A stretch of DNA of 63,326 nucleotides, counting the filler, from Catajapyx aquilonaris (lineage: Eukaryota): assembly GCA_000934665.2 (NCBI GenBank). It is 3 parts of 3 records of this genome, joined end to end, with 100 filler letters (N's around TTAATTAATTAA, not from the genome) between each part and the next. Parts side by side here need not be neighbours in the genome. Positions count along the whole stretch, not along the records: positions 42,351 to 63,326 come from JYFJ02006156.1; 2 more parts are not named here. One strand, written 5' to 3'. The notes below the pieces were generated by a model that saw only the letters and a list, made by a program, of their open reading frames with translations, did no database searches and was not told the origin of the DNA. The stretch's first letter is position 1. Each line of letters opens with the position of its first letter. Shown piece by piece: positions 51,009 through 61,067 of this stretch. The position numbers and the translations under genes were made by a program.

Positions 51009-51831
51009 ATAACTGGATAACATGGATCTAAGAATGGTCCTAGACACCATACAAATTAGCTTTAAGAATATTTTTAATGAAATACTGTACATACTGTGTG
51101 CTGCTTTAAATACAGTTTTATCACACTAACAAAACTTGGGCCTATTGTCTTCTGGAAAAAGTAAACTATGTTATATAATATGTTCTGTATTTCTTTGTTT
51201 CTGAGACATACTGACATTTTCCGCACTGTCATTTCTAACTTTTTTTTTTTTGGCAATGCAAGGAAAACTGAATGAAAGCTTAACATAACACGTGTCATGA
51301 CAATAACACTTTCAATCACGTCACACCACTATTGCAGATGCATAAATGTTGAACGCAAACAAAAAATATTATATGCATTGAAATAGCTAAGCAAGAAAAT
51401 AAATGTTCGAGGTGACAACATGAAAGGAACCAATTCATAGTGTGCAAACTTTACTGCACAAATCAAGAATTTTTGAAATGTCTTCTTAGGGGATAAATTT
51501 GAACCCTTCTTGTGGTGGTAATATTTTTATTACAGGTCATACGGTTAATTATAGACATAAATCCTAGCAGAGCTCATCTCCTGCACATGTCCCGCATAGA
51601 ACCAACTTGGTCCTATCAAGGCTGTATCGGTATGCGTACACAGTATGTTTCTTGCACATTGCGGGCCTTACCTACACTCCTGTTCTTGGGACACCAGCGC
51701 GGATTATCCGGTCAGGTTTTCCTGCTCGAGTGTGACCCTGTGGTGTCCGGCAGGGTGGGAACAACCAGCCGTGTGAGCACTGCAAGCCAATCAATAGTTT
51801 CTACCCACTTCTGGACACTTCAAGAGGAAGT

Positions 51832-51966
51832 CGGCCATCTTTGATTTCCATTCCATTTCTTTTTTTCTTTTTTCCTTTTAAAGTGCAAACGAGGGTGCGT
51901 TCGTATACCACAACCAGGGTGAGGAGGACCTTATGCGCTATTCAAGCCTCGCCAGTCGCAGCTACT
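51832..51966 (-). promoter_or_regulatory. ZNF promoter cassette, copy C
   Basis: CGGCCATCTTTGATTT, T-tract, GTGCAAAC, GAGGGTGCGTTC, CTTATGCGCTA (51930), CAGTCGCAGCTACT. Confidence 0.65.
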
Positions 51967-52355
51967 GGTCCCGCACTGCTACTTCTTCCAACAAACGCTA
52001 TTCGCAACTCGAAGTTGATCAGAGGATAATGAGTGATGTTCGGGGTTTGCAATGAAAGATCATCAATAATTGATTAAACAAACCAAATTAATTGGAATTC
52101 AGGCTGTGAAAATATCATACAAGTACCGGTAACACTAATTCAAAGATGGCGATTGAAATAAATACAAGGAAAAACTAGTTTTTCAAGTGCAGTACGTACA
52201 ACACTGTCATTTGTAACAATAACAGAAAAACAAAACAATATGCCACTCTGAGTTCCTCTTGGCATTTCACAACCAGCATGTGTCCATCCTTCATGCCACT
52301 TTTCAAATACCAGTACTGTGCATTACAAATTTTTTTAAATGGCTCAGCACAAAGA

Positions 52356-53727
52356 TTAATGGTTTTTCTCACGCGTATGGATTCGCTTGTGCCTTCTCAA
52401 ATCAGATGAATCGCGAAACTTTTTCTGGCACACCTCACAAGTGAATGGTTTTTCTCCCGTATGAATTCGCGTGTGATTTTTCAACTTGGTTGAATCACGA
52501 AATTGTTTATGACAAACCTCACAAGCGAACGGTTTTCCCCCCGTGTGAATTTTAATGTGACTTTTCAAATGAATTATATTTCTATATTTTTCCTGGCACA
52601 CCTCACAAGTAAATGGTTTTTCTCCTGTATGAATTCGCATGTGAGTTTTCAAATTACCGGAAAAACCGAATTTTTTCTGGCACACCTCGCAAGAATATGG
52701 TTTTTCTCCTGTATGAATTCGCATGTGATGTTTCAACCTACACAATTCACGAAACTTTTTCTGGCACACCTCACAAGTATATGGTTTCTCTCCTGTATGA
52801 ATTCGCATGTGAATTTTCAAATGATTAGATTCACGAAATTTTTTCTGGCACACCTCACATGTAAATCGCTTCTCTCCTGTATGACCTTGCATGTGCTTTT
52901 TCAAATCACTTGGAAAACTAAATTTTTTTTTGCATGCCTCACAAGTGAGTGGTTTTTCTCTTGTGTGACTTCGTATATGAATTTTCAAGTTACCAAAATC
53001 ACGATATGTTTTCTGACAGATATGGCACCTATTTTTTTTACTGTACGTTATGAGGTGAGTGTTCAAATCATCCAGGGTACCAAATATTATCTGGCACACT
53101 CTGCATTCCAATGGATATTTTCCATCACATGTTCTCCTGTCACTTTCCTCTTGGACCCCATTCTCTTCTACTCCATCTTCAGTTTTCATTTGCACGACCT
53201 AGAATGAAAATTACAGAACATCACTTTCTGTTGTGCAGAGTGAGAATGACACCGTGGTGAAGTGGTTAGATCTACAGCCTACCACCTCTGATCCTCAAGT
53301 TCGATCCCTTGTTTTGAGAGAGGATATTTGTGTGGATAGTTTCCACTTTGCCAAGTGATTGATTAAATAGAGCACGGGTATTTTACTTGGATTGATAATT
53401 TCATGTGAATAGTGTAAAATTAAACTCATACTTCTGCAGATTGCTTACCCCACTAATGGTTCCGGAAGTAACTGCCAAAGGGTCATCTTCATCTTCAACC
53501 ACCCCAGACATGCCCACCATCATCTCCTCCTCATCACCCTCCGCTTCCTCCTTCTTGATCTCACGAAGGGTGTCTTCTATAAGAGTAGAGCCATCATCAA
53601 AGACAGAAGGGGTCTCCTCCTTCAAGGGAATCTGCCAGGTCTCTTCTGTTGTGATGTCCTCATCTCCTTCTTCTTCGTCTCCTCCGCTCTCCACAGGTTC
53701 CTTCTTTATATCCACTGCCTGTGACAT
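52356..53727 (-). CDS. ZNF-D: C2H2 zinc-finger protein (~373 aa; 8 intact fingers plus 1 degenerate)
   Basis: Exons 53449-53727 (MSQAVDIKKE...DDPLAVTSGTISG) and 52356-53198 (ttctag|GTC GTG CAA); phase-0 intron. Confidence 0.9.
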
Positions 53728-53841
53728 GGTCCTGCAACACAAAACTGCAGGTCATGTAATCACATCAAGGAGTATCCCAATCATCACAGCTGCAGAGAAG
53801 GAACATTCCCCTGAGGTGTGGGCAGAGGGAAATATAAAGTA

Positions 53842-54130
53842 CAGTAAAACTTCTACATGTCGAATCTCCCGGGAAAACTTCGAGTTATAGAAGATTCGAG
53901 TTACAGAGCAGCATTGCCTCCGAGCTGGCTACCAGGGAGGGCAGGTTTGGGTCCAATGTCTGGATGCCATGCAAGAGCTTCCAGATCCATGGAGAACTTC
54001 GAGTTATAGAAATTCGACATAGGGAAGTTTATTTCCTATTCGTTTACATTGTGACCAACCAAGCTCAACATTTTCTTGGACTATTATAGAGAACTTCGAC
54101 TTGGAAGTTCGACTTATAAAAGTTTTAACG
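53842..54130. mobile_element. pogo/Tigger-like MITE in ZNF-D 5' intron
   Basis: TA|CAGTAAAACTTCTACATGTCGAA ... TTCGACTTATAAAAGTTTTAACG|TA with internal TTCGAGTTATAG repeats; absent from the paralogous ZNF-C intron. Confidence 0.7.
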
Positions 54131-54964
54131 TATTAAACCAAATTAGATAAGCATATCACCAATGTAATACAGTAGTTGTTACACTGTACTCCCGATCATC
54201 ATTCTGTACTAACGAATGTGTCGGGGTGCCCGGAAAAACCCGAATAATACAGATCCAAGAATGGTCCGAGACACCAAGAAAATTAGCCTTCAAAATATTT
54301 TTAATGAACTATCATACATGTACAAAAATCATGTTATTCAAGTATTTCTTTGTTTCTGATGAGACATACTGACATTTTTCAGAATCGCATCTCTAACTTC
54401 TTTTGGCTACGCGAGGAAAACCGCGCCTGGATAATCTAGAATACTCAGGGCACAATAATATTTACAGGTGGAACAGTGGTGTAGCCGTCGGTGCAATAGC
54501 CTATGAGGCCGTGTGTGCTCGCTTCCCAGATTGGACATAAGAGGTGGAAAATTCTTCCATAGGATCTCTGCAAGTTAGTGCCGCTTTCTCAGGGTCATCC
54601 ATCACAGTGCAGTAGGCAATGAGTAATGATGGGTCATTGATCCCCAAGGAGGTCCCAGTGTGCCTGTCACGGGGGATACCCTACCACAGGTACTTCTGTT
54701 TCATGACATTTCACATTAATGCCAGTTTCAAAATGACCTGTGATAAAAATGCAACTGGAAAATTTCGAAGAACTCTCACCCTCCTTCTTCACAGTCCCCA
54801 CTCTTCCCAGCCCCCTCCTTCTTCCAGTGCCGACGATGTATGTAAGCGGGGAAGGGGGAAGAGTCCCTCCTCCTCCGGGTTCCAATCGAACTGATTCCAC
54901 GGAATGAGACGGGCCGAAACGAGTTCCAATTCACCAAAAAAAGAGAATCGAAAGAATAATCTCA

Positions 54965-55070
54965 GGCGGCCATCTTTTTTATGCAAATGAGGGGTGCGTT
55001 CCTGTCGCCACACCAGAGAGTGGAAAGAGGGGCTTATGCGTTATCCCTCTCCACTGCAAAATCACCGCTA
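54965..55070 (-). promoter_or_regulatory. ZNF promoter cassette, copy D
   Basis: GGCGGCCATCTT, ATGCAAAT (54981), GGGTGCGTTCC, CTTATGCGTTA (55033), TCACCGCTA. Confidence 0.65.
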
Positions 55071-55806
55071 TCTCTGCATAACCGCTACTTCCTCCAATTC
55101 AACGCTATTGGCAACTTAATTCTGATTAACTTGTCAGCAGTACCATATGTGAACTTGCCAACTTGAAGCCAATCCTTATTGGGTGAGGAAGTAGTATGTA
55201 GTCAGCGCAAAGGCATACTCGGGGTGCCTTCATCAACGTGGTTGATGTAGTCCAGACGACACCAACCCTTCTCTTGTGCATAACATGACAGCAATCCCAC
55301 GTCCAGAATGATTTGGTTGGGCTTGGATGCATTGCCCATTATATTGTTAGAGTAACTGATCCCACCTGACCTTCCTGGTGTGTTCCATTATTCTTCATAG
55401 TGTTTTCCTCACATCGGGGAAGAGGGTCACTACTCTCGCGTCAAGTGGGATCGTGGAACCACAACGCCGGAGATTGGGACCGCCAGACCGCAAGGGAAAA
55501 CAAACCAAATTAATTGGAATGAGGCTGTGAAAATATCATACAAGTACGGTGCACTAATTATTCAAAGATGGCGATTAAAATAAATACCAGGAAAAATTTG
55601 TTTTTAGTGCATGGAAAGTTATATACAGTAAGTACACTTTGTCATTTGTAACAATAACAAAAAACAACACAATATGCCACACTGAATTCCTCTTGGCATT
55701 TCACAACCAGCAAGTGTCCATCCTGCATGCCACATTTCAAATACCAGTATTTGCATTACAAAGTTTTTAAACGGCACCGGCACAGCACAAAAAATAATGG
55801 TCTCTC

Positions 55807-58482
55807 TCATGTATGAATACGCATGTGCCTTTTCAAATGGCCTGATTCACGAAACTTTTTCTGGCACATTTCACAAGTAAACGGTTTTTCTCCTGTATGA
55901 ATTCGCATGTGACTTTTCAAATGATTTGATTCCTGAAACTTTTTCTGGCACACCTCACAAGTGAATGGTCTTTCTCCTGTATGAATTCGCATATGATTTT
56001 TCAACCTGGTTGAATCACGAAATTTTTTATGACACACCTCACAAGTACATGGTTTCTCCCCTGTGTGAATTTGCATGTGAATTTTCAAATCATTTAGATT
56101 TCTATATTCTTTCTGGCACACCTCACAAATATACGGCTTTTCTCCTGTATGAATTCGCATGTGATTTTTCAACTTACATGATTGAGGAAATTTTTTCTGG
56201 CACACCTCACAAGTGAATGGTTTTTCTCCTGTATGAATTCGCATATGAGTTTTCAAATCACTTGGACGGATAAAGCTTTTCTGACACACCTCGCAAGTGA
56301 ATGGTTTCTCTCTTGTGTGAATTCGCACATGACTCTTCAACAGAGTTGAACTGTGAAATGTTTTCTGGCATAACTCACAAGCAAATAGTCTTTCTCCTGT
56401 ATGAATTCGCGTGTGCTCTTTCAACTTAGTTGAATCACGAAATTTTTTCTGACACACCTCGCAAGTAAATGGTCTTTCTCCAGTATGTATTTTAATGTGC
56501 TTTTTCAAATCAGATGAAGTGTTACACGTTTTCTGGCAAAACTCACAAATAAACGGTTTTTCTCCTGTATGAATTCGCATGTGAGTTTTTAAATGACTGG
56601 AATCACGGAATTTTTTCTGGCACACATCACACGTGAATGGTTTTTCTCCTGTATGAATTTGCATGTGCTTTTTCAGAGCACTTGGGTAACTAAATTTTTT
56701 CTGACACGCATCACAAGCAAATGGTTTGTCTTCTGTGTGAATTTGCAGGCAGAAATTGTTCTCACTATGTGTTATCATGTGAATATTCAAATCATCCTGG
56801 GTACCAAATATCATCTGGCATATTCTGCACTCAAATGGATTTCTTCCATCACATATACCCCTGTTCCTTTCCTCCTGGATCCCCTCCTCTTCTACTCCAT
56901 CTTCAGTTCTCTCTTGCACAACCTGGAATGCGAATAACAGTACATTAATTTCTATTATGCAGTGTACTGCTATGTCATTTGGAAGGCATCTCTTGTTATA
57001 AAGGCTGCAGTGGGTCAAAGAGGGCTGCAGTGGGTATTTCACATGTCCACAGATTGTACTATCACAGATTTTACAGTACATACATGAAATGTTGAAATTA
57101 TAAAAATAATGACCTCTATTGGATCAAGGTCAAAAAGGTCCTCTATTTGTCTCCTCCATACCTGACTACACAATGTTAAAAAGACAGATACACAAGTGCT
57201 TTTTCCCATTCTGGTGCTGTCACATGTGCAGCCGTAAGTGCAAACAAAGCCCACCTGTGATTATAAGGAGATGAGAAAGGCATGGAAGCGTTTCTTTCAA
57301 TATAGTGCACCAGTATGAATAGCTACTTAAATTATTCCACAACAACAGACCTCTGAAACATGGGAATTACCCTATTCAGTGAAACCTTGATTCATTGTTT
57401 ACGTAAGCAGAAGAAAAAAAAAAAAGGCTGCTGGATTTGGGAAATTATACATGTGGGGATATGCTACAGGTGGCCCACCCTTTCTTGATATTGACATCAC
57501 AGTTTTATTTACCGACTCCTAGTCAACAGAAATCTGCTGGACGCACTTTGGAACCTCCCACTTTTCAGGTATCTATGGAGATGCCCTCATGCAACATGAA
57601 GTGTGAACCAAAGAGTTCTGCTAGAAGAGGTACTTTCTATCCTTTTCCATTAGACATTGTGAGGCAGCCGCCATTTTGTTGGAGGTAATATTGTTGTCCC
57701 AGTTGCTAGACAACATACTGTCAGAATGTTTTAGACTTACCGTTAGTACCGTAGTTGATATGTTGGAACCGAACTCCGACTGAGCACTCAAGAGGACCAT
57801 GCCAAACCACTGTTGCGTCCTCGGGTACAGATCCAGGGCGGAAAAGGGCTCATCGGTATCTTTGCACCGGTAATAAATGTTATAAATCTCATAAATAATT
57901 TTTGTGTACTTGTAATAAAAGAGGCTATCTGAAATATATTATTTTTCATTCTAGGCTTACTCCATTTTAAACAAATAACTCTTTGGTGTGAACAGTGTCA
58001 AACACACAGTTTACTGATATTGTTGTGTGAGGGAATCTCCATAGATACTTGAAAAGTGGGAGGTTTCAGTGGTGCGTCCGGCAGATGTCCGTTGACTAGG
58101 AGTCGGTAAACAAAGCAATGATGTGTCAGATCGTTCTTACGTTAACCCGACTTTAGGTTCTTGGATTGATGGTGAGCTGTTGTGTTAAATTATACTGAAA
58201 TTCCAGTAGACGGCATACCCCACTAGTACTTCCAGAACACCCTGCCAATGGGTCGTCTTCATCTTCAACCGCACTGGACACGGCCACTACCATCTCCTCT
58301 TCTGCTGGCTCCTTCTTGATCTCCCTAAGCGTGTCTTCAATGAGCGTAGAGTCCTCATCGAAGCAGGAAGGGGTCTCCTCCTTCAAGGGCAACCTCCAAG
58401 TCTCCTCGTCCACTGTGACTGTTCCGTCTTCCTCCTCCTCCTCCTCCGCCTCTTCCGTCTTAATCCACACTGCCTGCGACAT
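55807..58482 (-). CDS. ZNF-E: C2H2 zinc-finger protein (~459 aa; 12 intact fingers, one further finger internally deleted)
   Basis: Exons 58219-58482 (MSQAVWIKTEE...DDPLAGCSGSTSG) and 55807-56922 (ttccag|GTT GTG CAA); phase-0 intron. Confidence 0.9.
57508..58110. mobile_element. MITE with ~80-bp TIRs in ZNF-E intron
   Basis: tttaccgactcctagtcaac...acctcccacttttcaggtatctatggaga vs tctccatagatacttgaaaagtgggaggt...gttgactaggagtcggtaaa. Exact termini and TSD unclear. Confidence 0.7.
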
Positions 58483-58592
58483 GGTCCTGCCGGGAACAGT
58501 TCAGATCATCCGATGGAATCAGTTCGAGTCGCACTCCGGACGCTTCAAGACCTCAAAAGAGCCGTTCTTCGAAAGAGAACAAGGCAAAGCCA

Positions 58593-58725
58593 GGCGGCCA
58601 TCTTTGATTTCCATTTTTCTTTTTTCTTTTTTTTTAATATTGCAAATTAGGGTGCGTTCCTACCCCCGCACCTGGTTGGGAGGATGGTCTTATGCGCTCT
58701 TTCTACATGACAAGTCGCTGCTACT
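58593..58725 (-). promoter_or_regulatory. ZNF promoter cassette, copy E
   Basis: GGCGGCCATCTTTGATTT, T-tract, TTGCAAAT, TAGGGTGCGTTCC, CTTATGCGCT (58689), AAGTCGCTGCTACT; ~110 bp upstream of the ZNF-E ATG. Confidence 0.65.
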
Positions 58726-58816
58726 GCTGGCGACGCTGCTTTGCGCTAACAGCTCTTTTTTTTTTTTTTTTTTGCCATTCACTATATANTTCACTATATA
58801 CACTTCTCATTAAAAC

Positions 58817-59076
58817 GGGTTCCGATGGATTGCTTCATTCACCGGTGCAAGGAAACAGGGACAATGGGAAAGGATTGGGATTTTTGGGGAGGGAACATGG
58901 GTGCAAGGTGCACGTCTGCAAACGGGTCATGTGCTGTTCCCCAGGAGGTTAGGTTGCCAGACACCTCCTCGGTGCAGGTGAGAGACCCTCCTGACGCAGG
59001 TGAAAGGAAACTTCCCCACCAGGGCCTTTCACTCAGCAAGCCGTGACGTTACCATCACGGCCATCTACACCTCCCC
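58817..59076 (-). mobile_element. tRNA-derived SINE (family 2), B-box-deleted copy
   Basis: ccccaggaggttaggttgccagacacctcct...gacgcaggtgaaaggaa...gggcctttcactcagcaagccg matches 39160-39309, but the segment carrying the B-box is missing. Left boundary approximate. Confidence 0.75.
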
Positions 59077-59507
59077 GATAAAACCCTATTGAAAGCAGCA
59101 TATAATCTGTATGAACAGTAGTTCATTTAAAACCTGGAAATAGCTTATTATTTGAAGACACCTAGAATCACTTCAGGATTATGCCTGTTTTCAGCTTATT
59201 TGCACGACTGCATCAATTAGCACAGATAATAATCAGAAGTGCAGTGTAACAACAACAACCAGGTATTGTCTCATCCATCTCAAAAAATTTCAATATCTAA
59301 TGCAACGTTGAGAATCAAAAACTGATTTGAAACCAATATTTCACTTCAAACCATTTACTTTTTTTTAAATATAGAGTATAGTTCAAACATGGTTTTAATT
59401 ATTTTAATCACATTTTTAATTGTTTTAAATTTAGCTTAAATTAAATTGAATTCATTTGAAATAGAAATATTTCCATCAGATTTTATAAACATGCAAAAGC
59501 CACTGTA

Positions 59508-60274
59508 CAGGGTGCGCCAGAAGTAGTCTAACACGTTCGTGAATTTTTTTCTTGGTGCAGTGATTTATTAATTTGAAACTGAATGAATCACACAATAGCA
59601 CATACTCTGATAATGCATCCAGGTATTTTTTATACATGATGCTGTGATGTCTGACTGTACAGGAGGTCACAGAACTTGTCTGCCATCACCGCCGAGGCAC
59701 TCACGTAGTCGACCCTGGACAGACCTGCACACTTTGGCACAAAAGTCCGGAGAAATTGTTGCAAAGCTCTCTCGGATCTTCTCTCGTAATTGTGGAAGAG
59801 TTTTGGGCTTCTGGGCGTATACTTTCTCTTTCAATACACCCCACAAAAAAAAAAATCTGGAGGTGTCAGATCGCAGGATCGTGGTGGCCAGTCCAACATG
59901 GCCGCCGGCGGCCATGTTGGGCCAGCATGTAGCGCTTCCCTTTTGCACCTTTAAAGTTCAGCCTAGTCCGGTAGGGTCGCCACATAATTGCTCTGGGAAA
60001 TGTCTCATGGCGCTCTCAGGTGAGCACCCGCTGCAAAACTCATCGGCAGGCGATAAGCTCAGAATGTAGTATAAGTGTCCGGGGGCTGCACTGAATGCGG
60101 TCCTCTAGTGACAAGCGCCCGGCCATCTTTCAGGTGGCGATGACATCGTCTCTATTGGAATCCTCAGGCACTATCGACATCGCCCCATACTATTATGTTA
60201 AAATTTTACCTGAATTGTAGTTGTGAGGACGTAAAAAAATTCTCAAACCTGTTAGACTACTTCTGGCGCACCCT
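59508..60274 (-). mobile_element. Internally deleted Tc1/mariner (DD37D/DD41D-like) transposon with transposase remnant
   Basis: TIR TA|CAGGGTGCGCCAGAAGTAGTCTAACA / TGTTAGACTACTTCTGGCGCACCCT|TA; minus strand reads WPPRSCDLTPPDFF(frameshift)LWGVLKEKVYAQKPKTLPQLREKI...RLRECL..DGRQ, the catalytic C-terminal motif of these families. Confidence 0.88.
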
Positions 60275-60303
60275 TACAGTACTGCAGTATTTCATTGCTT
60301 TAA

Positions 60304-60461
60304 CCCTGTAATGCCCCTTGGGTCATATCTGGCACACCATTTAGTGCAATTTGGCACACTTACAGAAAATATAAAAATTGCAAAACTTGCAAAAATTACA
60401 CTAAATGGTGTGCCAGATATGACCCAGTGGACATTACTTATAGATTAGTGGCATTACAGGG
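60304..60461. mobile_element. piggyBac-type MITE, copy 2
   Basis: TTAA|CCCTGTAATGCC...GGCATTACAGGG|TTAA; near-identical to 46304-46458. Confidence 0.88.
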
Positions 60462-61067
60462 TTAAATCAGGTAAATTTTTAATTTCACATTTCACCACAT
60501 TTCGGAATATTTATAGGACAACATAACGATTACAGGTATTTTGAGAAATCGAAAAGGTGGCCTGGGCACAACCTCCTCGCGCAATCAGGTCCCGCCCCTC
60601 CTCGCGTCATGTGATCGGCGGAGAACTAAACGGACTGGTTTGGGAGCATGGATGACAGGCCGGATACAGCCGGATTCAGCGGATCTACGCCTATTTTTCA
60701 ACGGATACACTCCCAGGAAAGGAGGTAGGGGTCTCCAGCTACGAATGCATATAACAAAATAAATGCATACAGTAAGTCAGAAGGGGAGAGGATGAGACTT
60801 TGTGACAAATCAGTGTTTAGAATCTCATGCCACTGTAACTGTGCGCGTTTACATGCGAGCGATTTGATCGCGCAATGTCATCGCCGGGCGATGAATGCAA
60901 TTGTTTTGGGAGACAGTAACAATCATGGTAACAATCGAATGTGTCTACAATAAAGAATTTGCAGGATAATGTTGCAGCAGAGTAGTTTAAAGGAGTCTCT
61001 AGTTTCTCTCCTGTATGAATTTGCAGGTGTGTATTGAAATTACTTTCCTCTGGAACACTTCACATTT

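Noticed and set aside
52503..53207. Long plus-strand ORFs antisense to the zinc-finger and acidic exons (e.g. 52503-53207, 42643-43233, 53405-53890, 58316-58813)
   Set aside because: Shadow ORFs produced by the repetitive codon structure of the sense exons.
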